DNA of 56,146 nucleotides from an uncultured delta proteobacterium (GCA_963755715.1 CAVWLW010000010.1:1-56146), one strand, 5' to 3'; numbered from the stretch's first letter, positions 9,339 through 19,203 are shown. Notes: generated from the sequence alone by a model not told the origin. Numbers and translations: made by a program.

Positions 9339-10562
9339 ATGCGTGATATGGCAAAATGGTTTCTCTTGCTTGTACTAGGTCTTTTGGTATCACTGCCATC
9401 GACCGCCTCCGCCCAGGTAAGTTCTCTTCAATCCAGTCCATTCGTCCTTCCCGCCGGACTGGAGCCGGCCGTAGAGTTTTGGAAAAAAGTCTTTAGCGAA
9501 GTCAGCCTTTCACAGTTGATCTATTTCGATCCGTCCGACATGAGCAAGATCTACGAGGTCGTCGACGTGGGCGAGGATAGCCGGTCGAACGACTATATCA
9601 ACGGCGAGCGAGCGCGCATCGCCGCCGCCAATGGCGTCGATATCGAGCGGGTCAAGGCGCAGCGCGGCGTGAAGGAAAGAACCGCCGCCGGCATCAAGCG
9701 CTCGGGTCGATATATTTCTCAGATCAAGCAAATTTTCAAAGACCGCGGTTTACCACCGGAGCTCACCTATCTGCCGATCGTGGAATCGTCTTACGATATG
9801 AGCGCGCGATCGTCGGTCGGCGCTCTGGGCATCTGGCAGTTCATGCCCCGCACCGGACGGGAATATATGCGAGTGAACTCCGTAGTCGACGAAAGACTCG
9901 ATCCGATCGAATCGTCCCGAGCCGCGGCGTCCTATCTCCAGCAAGCCTACGAGGTTTTAGGCAGTTGGCCGCTGGCGATCACCTCATACAACTATGGAAA
10001 GGGAGGTATGGCTCGCGCAGTGGCGGAAGTCGGCTCGGATAATCTGGTCGACCTGATCGAAAAATATAATCATCCCAACTGGGCCTTTGCGCCCAAACAC
10101 TTTTACGCCGAGTTTCTCGCCGCGGTCGAGATCGGCATGAACCTGCAGCAATATTTCCCCGGACTCGATCTCGATGCTCCCGTCGAGATCAGAGAAGTTG
10201 AGCTGAATAACAAGACAACGCTGGCGGCGTTGATCAGCTCTTCCGGCCTTAGCCGGGAGGAATTTTTGGGTTGGAACCCCGCGCTCACTCCGACAAGCCG
10301 CATCGTGCCGGCCGGCTATCGGATGAAGTTGCCCATCGATCGAACCACGCCGCCACTCGTCACTGTTGCCCAGGTGCAGCAGACCACGCGTCGGCCCCAG
10401 GCGCAGGCGCAGGTCGTGCATCATCGGGTGCGCCGCGGCGAGACGCTTTACGACATCGCTCGCCGTTATGGGGCATCGGTGGAAAACATTCTGCAGATCA
10501 ACGGACTGCGTAAGGCTCAACTGATAAAAGTCGGAACCACGCTGCGCATCCCGAAAATATAG
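9339..10562 (+). CDS. MltD-like lytic transglycosylase with C-terminal LysM domain
   Basis: Signal peptide; SLT motifs LPIVESSY, GALGIWQFMP, LAITSYNYG; LysM HRVRRGETLYDIARRYG...NGL. Confidence 0.92.
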   Translation: MRDMAKWFLLLVLGLLVSLPSTASAQVSSLQSSPFVLPAGLEPAVEFWKKVFSEVSLSQLIYFDPSDMSKIYEVVDVGEDSRSNDYINGERARIAAANGVDIERVKAQRGVKERTAAGIKRSGRYISQIKQIFKDRGLPPELTYLPIVESSYDMSARSSVGALGIWQFMPRTGREYMRVNSVVDERLDPIESSRAAASYLQQAYEVLGSWPLAITSYNYGKGGMARAVAEVGSDNLVDLIEKYNHPNWAFAPKHFYAEFLAAVEIGMNLQQYFPGLDLDAPVEIREVELNNKTTLAALISSSGLSREEFLGWNPALTPTSRIVPAGYRMKLPIDRTTPPLVTVAQVQQTTRRPQAQAQVVHHRVRRGETLYDIARRYGASVENILQINGLRKAQLIKVGTTLRIPKI

Positions 10563-10591
10563 CGCGTTTTTCTTTTGCAAAATGACCTCAC

Positions 10592-10632
10592 AAGGCCGGG
10601 CCGCCGATTCGCGGCTCGGCCTTAGTTTTTTT
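10592..10632 (+). terminator. Rho-independent terminator
   Basis: AAGGCCGGGCCGC-loop-GCGGCTCGGCCTT followed by a T-run, just after the MltD stop. Confidence 0.75.
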
Positions 10633-10676
10633 GCGCCATCTGGCATCGAGAAAAATTGTTAGTCAGCTCGGTCACG

Positions 10677-10706
10677 TTGACAAGTTTTCCGCCCGCTGCG
10701 TATAGT
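10677..10706 (+). promoter_or_regulatory. sigma-70-type promoter
   Basis: TTGACA-N18-TATAGT ending 7 bp before the GTG at 10714, so the transcript may be near-leaderless. Confidence 0.55.
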
Positions 10707-10713
10707 CAGCCGG

Positions 10714-11715
10714 GTGAAAGTTAAATCGTCGAATTATCAGCCGCGGTCACTTCGACAGTTCGACCGAAGAATCGGTATCGCGGTCGGCGTTTTCGTCCTG
10801 CTGCAATATTGCGCGCCCCTTCTGGCACAAGACGCCAAGAAGGTGCGCATGGCCTACTCCGCTTTCAGCATTTCGTTTTTGAATATCTTCGTCGCGCGCG
10901 ACGCCGGATTGTTCAAAAAGCATGGGATGGACGTCGAACTCATTCAAATGGCCGGTCCGCTGCCGATCGCCGCTCTCGCCAGCGGTGAGATCGATTACTT
11001 GACGGGCTACACAACCGGGATCGTCGCCACCGGCCAGGGCGCGCCGCTCAAAGGAATCATGATCTCCCTGCGCAAACCGCCCTTTTATCTGATCGCCGAG
11101 CCGAGCATTCTGCGGCCCACGGATCTTGCCGGCAAGAGAATCGGCGTCGACCGCATCGGCAGCTTGCAGCATTTGGTCGCGCGGCTGATGCTCAAGAACA
11201 AAGGCGTCGATCCGGACAAAGCGATTTTTACGCAGACGGGATCCGTGTCCAATACCGTAACCAGTTTGGGCCAGGGCGCGGTCTCGGCGGCGATTCTATC
11301 GGGGCCGCACAACGTCATCATGGCGCAAAAAGGCTTTCGCTCAATCGGCGCCGCCGATGAATTGCCGACGCATTTTCCAACGAGTGGGCTCGTGGTGAAC
11401 GAGACCAAACTAAAGAGCGATGCGCCGCGCATTAAAAACGTGATCCGCGTCATGCTCGACGCCACGGCTTTTTGCCGCAAAGAAAAAAACTGGGTGGTCA
11501 ATTATATTAAAGATCGCTGGAAGCTAGAACCGAAAACCGCCGAGACCGTGTACGATCAATGGCTATCGATTCTCACCCCGGACGGCAAGATCAGCGTCAA
11601 AGACATGCAGGAATATTTCGATCTGGCGTACAGCCAAAAACAGATACCCGCGCCGATCAACGTCGCCGCGGTGACCGATTACTCATTGCTCGATCAAGTA
11701 TTGGCGGGGAAATAA
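10714..11715 (+). CDS. NitT/TauT (SsuA/NMT1-like) substrate-binding protein
   Basis: Signal region, GLFKKHGMDVELI, AALASGEID, DLAGKRIGV, C-terminal DYSLL. Confidence 0.88.
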   Translation: MKVKSSNYQPRSLRQFDRRIGIAVGVFVLLQYCAPLLAQDAKKVRMAYSAFSISFLNIFVARDAGLFKKHGMDVELIQMAGPLPIAALASGEIDYLTGYTTGIVATGQGAPLKGIMISLRKPPFYLIAEPSILRPTDLAGKRIGVDRIGSLQHLVARLMLKNKGVDPDKAIFTQTGSVSNTVTSLGQGAVSAAILSGPHNVIMAQKGFRSIGAADELPTHFPTSGLVVNETKLKSDAPRIKNVIRVMLDATAFCRKEKNWVVNYIKDRWKLEPKTAETVYDQWLSILTPDGKISVKDMQEYFDLAYSQKQIPAPINVAAVTDYSLLDQVLAGK

Positions 11716-11790
11716 TAAACTTGTCTCGTGTCTCGCGTTGACGAGACTCTGGATTTCGACATTTAAAGTAAAGCTGCAAAAGGAGCGAAC

Positions 11791-12459
11791 ATGGACGGCA
11801 AAGCGCTGGTGGACTCGGTAAAAAGAGAAGTGATCGAGCCCGGCATTCGACGCCTGATGGACAGCCAGTATTTTACCGAAATGCGCCAGGGGAAATTATC
11901 CATCAAACGGCTGCAGGGCTGGGCGATCCAGCATTATCTGCATAACAAGGCGATCCTTAAATCCTTCGCCTTGGGCATGGTGAAAAACGCTCAGGACCAG
12001 ACGATGTTCGATTACTTCATCTATCAGCTCAATGAAGAGCAGTCCCATCCGGATCTGGCGAAACGCTTCGGTCTCGCCTTGGGGCTCAAAGAAGAAGACT
12101 TCACCGAGGCGACGCAGATTTTCGAATGCCAGATTCATTCGGCGCGCACGGTCTACAACACGCTCACGGGCATCGCGCCGCAAAATCGCGCGTCGGCGAT
12201 GACCAGCGAAAGCATGGTCTGCCGCTACTCGGAAGAGTTTTTAAACGCCGGGCGCAAGCATTACGGACTCAGCGATCATGACCTGATATTTTTCACCACC
12301 CACATGGTCGCCGACATCGAACACACCGCGCAATCGGCGGAGCTGATCGCGCGCCTGGTGAAAACCCCGCGCGAAGAGCGCCTGGTGCGCGAAAGCGCGC
12401 AGTACATGGTGCGCATCAAGCTCGGGAAGTTTGACGGGATCTACCGCGAATATTCCTAA
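11791..12459 (+). CDS. heme-oxygenase-like TenA/PqqC/CADD-family iron-containing redox protein
   Basis: GKLS...LQGWAIQHY, EEQSH..L..RF..ALGL, and FFTTHMVADIEH (HxxxDxxH). AGGAG RBS. Confidence 0.8.
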   Translation: MDGKALVDSVKREVIEPGIRRLMDSQYFTEMRQGKLSIKRLQGWAIQHYLHNKAILKSFALGMVKNAQDQTMFDYFIYQLNEEQSHPDLAKRFGLALGLKEEDFTEATQIFECQIHSARTVYNTLTGIAPQNRASAMTSESMVCRYSEEFLNAGRKHYGLSDHDLIFFTTHMVADIEHTAQSAELIARLVKTPREERLVRESAQYMVRIKLGKFDGIYREYS

Positions 12460-12506
12460 TTTTGTAAGCAGAGTCATCAAGTCTAAAATTCCGACAGGAA
12501 TCAGTC

Positions 12507-13520
12507 ATGCTGAAAATCGTGAGAGCCCTCGTCGCAGCCATAGTCTTCTCGTCCGCCCTACCGGCGCAGGCACAAACCGACCTTTCTTCGCTCATCGCCA
12601 ACGCCAAGCAAGAAAAAGAAGTCGTCTGGTACACCACGACTTCCGCCGGCGACAATCAGGCGGTCGTCGCCGGATTCAACAAGAAATATCCATTTCTCAA
12701 AGTCCAGGTGCTGCGCTCCACCGGAGAAAAGTTGCGCCAGCGCATCCTGACCGAGGCCGCCGCCGGACAATTCTATTCCGACGCGGCGAGCGTCAGCAGC
12801 ATGGAGATGGGGCTTTTGAAATCGAAAAACCTGCTGCAACCCTACGATCCGCCGGAAGCGGCAAATTATCCCGCCGGCACCAAAGACAAAGAAAAATATT
12901 TCACGGCGATCTACGCGCGCAATTTTGTCATGGGCTACAACACGGCCATGATCGCCGAAAAAGATCGTCCCAAAGATTGGCCCGACCTCCTCGACCCCAA
13001 ATGGAAGGGCAAATTCGGCATCGACGAAGAAGAGTTCGAATGGTACGGCACCTTGGTCGATTACTGGGGTCGCGAGAAGGCGGGAAAATTCCTCAAGGCG
13101 CTCGCCGCCCAGCAACCGACCCTGCGGCGCGGCCATAGCCTGCTCGCGCAGTTGCTCGCCGCCGGCGAATTTCCGGTCGCCCTAGTCTTTCCGTTCGAAA
13201 TCGAGCAGCTCAAGCGGCGCGGTGCGCCGGTCGACTGGTCAAATACTTCGGATCCGATCGTCACGTCGATCAACGTCGTCGCGCTATCCACCAAAGCGCC
13301 GCACGCCAACGCCGGTAAGCTTTTGATTAATTATATCCTCTCCGAAGAAGGCCAGACGATCATCAAAAACGTTTCCCGCGTCCCGATCCGGCCCGGTGTC
13401 AAGCCAACGATAGCTAAGCTCGACCAGTCGACGCTGAAAATCCACTACGTGCCCGCGGACATGTTTAGAAAAATCGCCGACTACGAAAAGGAATTCAGGG
13501 ATCTCTTCTGGAAAAAGTGA
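12507..13520 (+). CDS. extracellular solute-binding protein (AfuA/iron(III)/thiamine-like SBP)
   Basis: Signal peptide, AKQEKEVVWYTT, YNT...PKDWPDLLDPKWKG, APHANAGKLLINYILSEEGQ. Confidence 0.88.
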   Translation: MLKIVRALVAAIVFSSALPAQAQTDLSSLIANAKQEKEVVWYTTTSAGDNQAVVAGFNKKYPFLKVQVLRSTGEKLRQRILTEAAAGQFYSDAASVSSMEMGLLKSKNLLQPYDPPEAANYPAGTKDKEKYFTAIYARNFVMGYNTAMIAEKDRPKDWPDLLDPKWKGKFGIDEEEFEWYGTLVDYWGREKAGKFLKALAAQQPTLRRGHSLLAQLLAAGEFPVALVFPFEIEQLKRRGAPVDWSNTSDPIVTSINVVALSTKAPHANAGKLLINYILSEEGQTIIKNVSRVPIRPGVKPTIAKLDQSTLKIHYVPADMFRKIADYEKEFRDLFWKK

Positions 13521-13705
13521 AAAGAAACTGCATTGGGCCTAGTTTTTCGCCTCGAGAGACTGTGTCGCAACTTTGCGTGTTTCCCTAGTATCCTTCGGTC
13601 AATCTTCACCCATCGGACACTATGTCTTCAGCTTAAGGCCGCCGAAGAATCTCATATTCGTAGGTTGCGCTTTGTGGCTCAGATCGTGGCGATCAATCTT
13701 ATCGC

Positions 13706-13788
13706 TGTCATGTCGAGTGCAGCGAGAGATCTTTCCGATCCCGTCGCGCTTCAGAGAAGAAAGATTTCTCACTTCGTTCGAAATGACA
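13706..13788. repeat. REP/MITE-like imperfect 30-bp inverted repeat
   Basis: TGTCATGTCGAGTGCAGCGAGAGATCTTTC ... GAAAGATTTCTCACTTCGTTCGAAATGACA, between convergent genes. Confidence 0.7.
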
Positions 13789-13870
13789 CGCGATGTTCCG
13801 TACACGCTCATCGAATAGTGGACATGGTCAGTCCAACCGTTAAGCGCAATTGAAAGGCCGATCTCTCGGA

Positions 13871-14557
13871 TCAGTAACCACTGACTGCGGTTGCCTCGAT
13901 CTCGAGCAAATACTTTTCCCCGGCAAAGCCGTCTACGAAGGCAAATTCGATCTCCGGGATATCGAGTTTGCCGGCTTTTGCCAAAACCCGTCGAACGGTT
14001 TCGAGATCTTGCCCGCGCTGCAAAAGTGCCGACAGCTTCCTCACCTTACCCCAGTCGGTGCGCGCACGCGCCAACGCCTTGTCGATGGTCGCGAGAACTT
14101 CGACAACTTGTTCTTCTAGGCTCGGCGCTTCCGAAGTGAAACCCGAGAAGAATAAAAGACCATCGTAATCGAGATAGCAAACATAGTTTCGCGCCGGTTC
14201 GAAGTCGATCGGCTGCCGATCGGCTCCGCTATGAATCGGTTTCATCGCGAGTAATTCTAAACCAGCGCTCCCGTCAGAATCGAACCATTGCTGGGAAACG
14301 AAGCTGGAGCTCGCCGCCTTGCGCTTTCCCGTGAGAATCTTCGAGCGCGCAGCCGTAGCAAGGGTACGCGCATCTCTATCCCGGCCCCACACACGGACTC
14401 GCACAATGTTATCGAGCGACAATCCCCAGCCTCTAAGTTCATTATCGCATTTCTGAAAGAGTTCGATCACTGCACCATCCGCGGCCAGTGCGCTGCTTGC
14501 CTCAGCGACTACTTCAACGCACTCTCGACCCAACCAACTAAATAATCTGGCTTGCAT
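13871..14557 (-). CDS. tandem-domain Rid/YjgF family protein
   Basis: Two YjgF-like halves: GLSLDNIVRVRVW...LELLA and LLFFSG...EEQ...LATIDKAL...LLEIEATA. Confidence 0.7.
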   Translation of the reverse strand: MQARLFSWLGRECVEVVAEASSALAADGAVIELFQKCDNELRGWGLSLDNIVRVRVWGRDRDARTLATAARSKILTGKRKAASSSFVSQQWFDSDGSAGLELLAMKPIHSGADRQPIDFEPARNYVCYLDYDGLLFFSGFTSEAPSLEEQVVEVLATIDKALARARTDWGKVRKLSALLQRGQDLETVRRVLAKAGKLDIPEIEFAFVDGFAGEKYLLEIEATAVSGY

Positions 14558-14664
14558 TGTGGCGCCACTCTACTGCAAAGTAAGGGCTCAGGAAAGATCT
14601 AAATTCGGTCTATTTGGTTTTGTCGCCTCGCCGGTAAAATCAAACCGCCGGGGAGAGTTCCAAC

Positions 14665-15068
14665 ATGTTTCGCCGCTTAATCAGCGCCGCGGGCCAGAGC
14701 CGCTCAGCCAAGACCGTGGAGGTTTTCGGTTGGCTGATTCTCTTCGAAGGAACCATCGTATTGTTCGCGCCGCATTTTGCAATTTCGCTGCTGGGATCGA
14801 ACCCCCACACCACAAACCCAAATTACTTTCGGCTGGTTGGCCTCCTCGTGTCGGGGCTCGGCATGCTTTATATCGCCAGCGGCCGATTGAACGCGGAGGG
14901 ATTTGTTTTCGCTTCCATGCTCGACCGGCCAGTCGTTCCCTTTGCCATGGCGATCCTTTGGTTTCTTGAGATCCTCCCGGACCGCTCGCTCTGATTTTTT
15001 CAATTCAAGACTTCGGCAGCTTTCTTTGGACACTGTTCAGCTGGCGTGCCGAACAGCCAAAATCGTAG
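14665..15068 (+). CDS. hypothetical membrane protein (probable frameshift near 14980)
   Basis: Four hydrophobic segments. After a shift the frame continues GPLALIFSIQDFGSFLWTLFSWRAEQPKS-stop, ending just before the garR RBS. Confidence 0.65.
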
Positions 15069-15080
15069 AGGAGAATTTTT

Positions 15081-15980
15081 ATGAGTAATCCGGTCATCGG
15101 TTTCATCGGTCTCGGCATCATGGGCAAACCCATGGCGCGAAATTTATTGAAGGCCGGTTACACGCTGGTCGTGCACAATCGCAGCCGAGCGGCGGTGGAT
15201 GAATTGGCTAAGGAAGGCGCGCAGGCGGCGGCCGATTCACAAGAAGTCACCCGACGCAGTGAAATCATCATCACGATGCTGCCCGACTCGCCCGACGTCG
15301 AGCTCGTCTACGCCGGCGATCAGGGTATTTTCTCTGGCGTGAAGTCGGGAACTCTACTGATCGACATGTCGAGCATCTCACCTGTCGTCGCGCGCAAGCT
15401 CGCGGCCGAAGCCGAGAAGCGCGGCTGCGAGATGCTCGACGCGCCGGTGAGCGGCGGCGAAGCCGGCGCCATCGGCGCGTCCTTGTCGATCATGATTGGT
15501 GGCAAAAGCTCAGCGGTGGAAAAAGCGATGCCAATCTTTCAAGCGCTGGGTAAAAACATTGTACACGTCGGCGACGCCGGCGCAGGTCAAGTGACCAAGG
15601 CGGCAAATCAGATGGTCGTCGGCACGACGATCGCAATCGTCGGCGAAGCGCTCGTCCTCGCCGCGAAAGCGGGCGTCGACCCGGCAAAAGTCCGCCAAGC
15701 TCTGCTCGGCGGCTTCGCCCAATCAAAAATCCTCGAAGCGCACGGGCAAAAAATGTTGGATCGGAATTTCAAACCCGGCTTTCGCGTTCGCCTGCACGAG
15801 AAGGATATGAAGATCGCCCTCGCAACCGGTTCCGAATACGGCGTGCCTTTAATGGTTACCGGCGTCGTCGGCCAGATGATGACCGCCATGAAAGGCATGG
15901 GCAACGGCGATCTGGATCATTCGGGACTCGTCAAATTTGTCGAGGAGTTGGCGAAACTAGAATTGCCAGCCGCAAAATGA
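15081..15980 (+). CDS. garR: 2-hydroxy-3-oxopropionate (tartronate semialdehyde) reductase
   Basis: IGFIGLGIMGKPMA, DAPVSGG, GAGQVTKAANQ, VRQALLGGFAQS, FKPGFR..LH.KD. Confidence 0.85.
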   Translation: MSNPVIGFIGLGIMGKPMARNLLKAGYTLVVHNRSRAAVDELAKEGAQAAADSQEVTRRSEIIITMLPDSPDVELVYAGDQGIFSGVKSGTLLIDMSSISPVVARKLAAEAEKRGCEMLDAPVSGGEAGAIGASLSIMIGGKSSAVEKAMPIFQALGKNIVHVGDAGAGQVTKAANQMVVGTTIAIVGEALVLAAKAGVDPAKVRQALLGGFAQSKILEAHGQKMLDRNFKPGFRVRLHEKDMKIALATGSEYGVPLMVTGVVGQMMTAMKGMGNGDLDHSGLVKFVEELAKLELPAAK

Positions 15981-16090
15981 GCAGTTAGCAATGAAACCTG
16001 TTTGATACGCTGCGGTTTACAGATCCAGGTTGCTCATCCGATCACGAATATGCATTGTTATCCCAAAACTCTTTTGCCAAGGAGAAAAAC

Positions 16091-16711
16091 ATGACTAAAG
16101 TTTCTAAGGTTGACGTGCCCTATGAGCACTGGGATCGGCTATATTCGCCGGTCGCTTGCGCGGTGATGATAACAACGGTCGACAAGCAAGGGCGCGTCAA
16201 TGCCGCTTCGTTTGCAACTTGTGTCAGACAAAATCATGAACCAACCTGCATCTCATTTACCGTCGAGATCGACAAAGACACTTACCACAATGTAATCGCA
16301 ACCGAAGAGTTCGTGGTCAATATTCCGTCGTTCGATAGAGAAATTCTTGAAAAAGTAAGAGTCGTGGGTTTGCCTTTTCCGCGCGGTGTGAATGAACTCG
16401 AAAAGGCCGGCCTGACGGCCATCCCGGCAAGAGCCTTAAAGCCGCCGCGCATAGCGGAATGTAAAGCGCATTATGAATGTAAAGTGATCTGGACTAAGGA
16501 ATGGCTACACCGTCTCACCGTGATGGGGCAAGTCGTTGCCGGCTCCGTTGATGAAGATTGCATCGACGAAAACGGCTATGCGATTCTCGATAAACTGAAA
16601 CCTACGCATTATTGCGGCAGGGCGTTCGACAACCGGTTCGTCGCTTCTTATGAAGTAATGGAAGTCGATATGGTTTACCAAGGCCCTGAGGCACAACATA
16701 AACCCAAGTAA
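16091..16711 (+). CDS. flavin reductase-like (DIM6/NTAB family) protein
   Basis: ITTVDKQGRVNAA, DTYHNVIATEEFVVNIP, NELEKAGLT, PPRIAEC..HYEC. Confidence 0.85.
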   Translation: MTKVSKVDVPYEHWDRLYSPVACAVMITTVDKQGRVNAASFATCVRQNHEPTCISFTVEIDKDTYHNVIATEEFVVNIPSFDREILEKVRVVGLPFPRGVNELEKAGLTAIPARALKPPRIAECKAHYECKVIWTKEWLHRLTVMGQVVAGSVDEDCIDENGYAILDKLKPTHYCGRAFDNRFVASYEVMEVDMVYQGPEAQHKPK

Positions 16712-16738
16712 GCATCGGCCGTATCCCGTGAAAGAGAA

Positions 16739-17797
16739 GTGATGAGAAGGTCTTTATTGCTCGTTCTCGGCCTAGCGTTTGGCTGCATCATTTTTGACCT
16801 GTGCGGTGCTCGTAACCACTTTCTCCATGCCCAACAGACCTCCTACTACGAAGGCAAAACGGTGCGACTCGTAGTCGGATCGAGCCCAGGCGGGGGCTAC
16901 GACTACTGGGCGAGAATATTGGCACGTTATCTGCCGAAATATTTGAGCGGAAATCCCGCCTTCGTCGTTCAGAACATGCCCGGGGGTGGATCATTGATGG
17001 CTGCAAACTACGTGTATGGCGTAGCGAAGCCAGACGGTTTGACAGTCGGAATGCCGAATCAGCTGGTTTACATGGGGCAGCTCGCTGGCGCGAAAGAAGT
17101 GAAGTTCGACATTCAGAAGTTCAACTGGATCGGATCGCCGGACCGCAATCCCACCATTCTTTACATTCGGGCCGACAGCCCATTTAAGACGATCGATGAT
17201 GTCATCAAAGCAAAGACGCCGCCGAAATGTGGAGGTTCGGGAAGAGACAGTGCGAGCATAATCTTTGCGCTGGAGGATTTCCTTGGCGCAAAATTCGAAG
17301 TAGTCCTGGGTTATCAAGGAGGCAGCCAAACGGACCTTGCCGTCGATAGAGGCGAAGTTGTTTGCCGCTCGATGGGCTTAGGCGCGCACTTCAGCCGACA
17401 GCCATTTACCGGATGGCATGCAAAAGAGTTTGACAGGCATTTGGTCCAAACCGCACGAAAAAGAGACGATCGAGCGTTGGATACCCCGACTATCTATGAA
17501 CTGATGGACCGTTACAAAACGAATGATTTGGGCAGGCGTGTCGCCAGCGTGCTGACGGCAGGCGAAAATTTTGGCCACCCGATGATCGCTCCTCCCGGGA
17601 TACCCGCCGATAGAGTAAAAATGCTCCGCGATGCGTACGAGAAAACATTGAAAGATCCCGATTTGGTAAACGAGATTAAGAAGCAGGAATATGATTTTGA
17701 TCCGGTTTCAGGCGAGGAACTTCAGGCGTTGGCTAAAACTGTTGTGAATCAGCCGCCTCAGGTGATCGAACGCGTAAAAAAGCTTCTCGGAAACTAG
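16739..17797 (+). CDS. tripartite tricarboxylate transporter substrate-binding protein (Bug/TctC)
   Basis: YYEGKTVRLVVGSSPGGGYD..AR, VQNMPGGG, KPDGLT, GYQGG, APPGIP. Confidence 0.9.
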   Translation: MMRRSLLLVLGLAFGCIIFDLCGARNHFLHAQQTSYYEGKTVRLVVGSSPGGGYDYWARILARYLPKYLSGNPAFVVQNMPGGGSLMAANYVYGVAKPDGLTVGMPNQLVYMGQLAGAKEVKFDIQKFNWIGSPDRNPTILYIRADSPFKTIDDVIKAKTPPKCGGSGRDSASIIFALEDFLGAKFEVVLGYQGGSQTDLAVDRGEVVCRSMGLGAHFSRQPFTGWHAKEFDRHLVQTARKRDDRALDTPTIYELMDRYKTNDLGRRVASVLTAGENFGHPMIAPPGIPADRVKMLRDAYEKTLKDPDLVNEIKKQEYDFDPVSGEELQALAKTVVNQPPQVIERVKKLLGN

Positions 17798-17914
17798 AGA
17801 GCATCGCTGCAAGAACGTGATGCAGGACCGCGGGTTCCGGCGAGGCGGGAGGCGATACTGCACAATACTCAATTTGTTTAGAAAGCAAAGTCTGGTCCGA
17901 TTCCCTACTTTCGG

Positions 17915-17994
17915 CGCCATGAAAAGCGTGGGCAACGGCGACCTCGATCATTCCGGTTTGGTCAAGCTCGTAGAGGAGTTGGAAGGCTGAATTG
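17915..17994 (+). repeat. degenerate direct repeat of the garR 3' end (15884-15965)
   Basis: CGCCATGAAAAGCGTGGGCAACGGCGACCTCGATCATTCCGG.. (AMKSVGNGDLDHSGLVKLVEEL) versus garR AMKGMGNGDLDHSGLVKFVEEL. Confidence 0.9.
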
Positions 17995-18099
17995 ACTATG
18001 AAACCATGAAGTCAGTAACGTCGGGCTGGTCGGATTGACAAGCTTCTCCCGACTCGACTAGCTTAGCCGCAAATCGAATCGACGCACTGGAGGAATCCT

Positions 18100-19203
18100 A
18101 TGTCTGGAACTGCCGCCAAACTCGTCGACGCCGATACCCATGTTTCTGAGAATGAACAGATGTGGGAGCATTTCGAGCGTGAGATGTATCACCGCCGCCC
18201 GGTGCTGATTTCCGTGCCGGAGAATACTCTCTATGGCGACCGCAACGCCATGTGGCTAATCGACGGCAATATTTTTCCCAAACCTGCCGGCAAAGGCGGC
18301 TTCGCGCTGATCACGCCGTCAGCGGCGAAGAAACAGCAAATCCGCACGGATATCAGCGCCGGTTGCCGGGAGATCACCGATCCCGAAGCGCGCTTGCACG
18401 ACATGGACAAGTCGGGTTTCGACGTACAGGTTATTTACCCGACGCTGTTTTTGATTTATCTAACCGACGACGTCGCCCTCGAAGTCGCGTTATGCCGCGC
18501 TTACAATCGCTGGATGGCCGAGGCGTGCGCGAAAGGAAAAGATCGCTTGAAGTGGGTGGTGATTCCGCCGCTCCACTCCATGGAAGAGTCGATCAAGGAA
18601 TTGCGCTGGGCAAAAGAACATGGCGCGGTCGGAGTCTTCTTTCGCGGCATCGAGGGCACTCGAACACTGGATGATCCGTACTTTTTCCCGGTCTATCAAG
18701 AAGCGAGCGATCTCGATCTGCCGATCTGCGTTCATCAAGGCTCCGGTTGCCCGACGTTGATCAATTTCTTCGACTTGGAGCGTAATCGCCAGTGGTCCCA
18801 CTCGGCGATCCTGCCGCTGTTCGCTTTCAACGACCTCGTCAACAACCGGATCCCTGAAAAGTTTCCCAAGCTCAGGATCGGCTTCATCGAAGCTTATGCG
18901 ACGTGGGTGCCATACCTTTTGCACTCCTTTAAAAGGCAATTCCGCGAGCAATGGAAATTCTCTTCGACCCAAGATCTTTTCCGCGAGTTTCGCATTTTTA
19001 TCGCCTGTGAAACCAGCGAGAACCTTCCCGTCATCGTGGACTGCATCGGTGAGGATAATCTGGTGATCGGCTCGGACTACGGCCACAACGATCCCTTTGA
19101 ACAACGCAACCTGCTGCCGACGCTCAAATCGTTGACCAGCATACCGAAACGCGTCGTCGACAAAATGGTGCGGGACAATCCCTGCGCGCTTTACGGGCTC
19201 TGA
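18100..19203 (+). CDS. amidohydrolase-2 family protein
   Basis: DADTH, QVIYPT, RAYNRW, LPICVH, RIGFIEA, GSDYGH. Confidence 0.9.
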   Translation: MSGTAAKLVDADTHVSENEQMWEHFEREMYHRRPVLISVPENTLYGDRNAMWLIDGNIFPKPAGKGGFALITPSAAKKQQIRTDISAGCREITDPEARLHDMDKSGFDVQVIYPTLFLIYLTDDVALEVALCRAYNRWMAEACAKGKDRLKWVVIPPLHSMEESIKELRWAKEHGAVGVFFRGIEGTRTLDDPYFFPVYQEASDLDLPICVHQGSGCPTLINFFDLERNRQWSHSAILPLFAFNDLVNNRIPEKFPKLRIGFIEAYATWVPYLLHSFKRQFREQWKFSSTQDLFREFRIFIACETSENLPVIVDCIGEDNLVIGSDYGHNDPFEQRNLLPTLKSLTSIPKRVVDKMVRDNPCALYGL

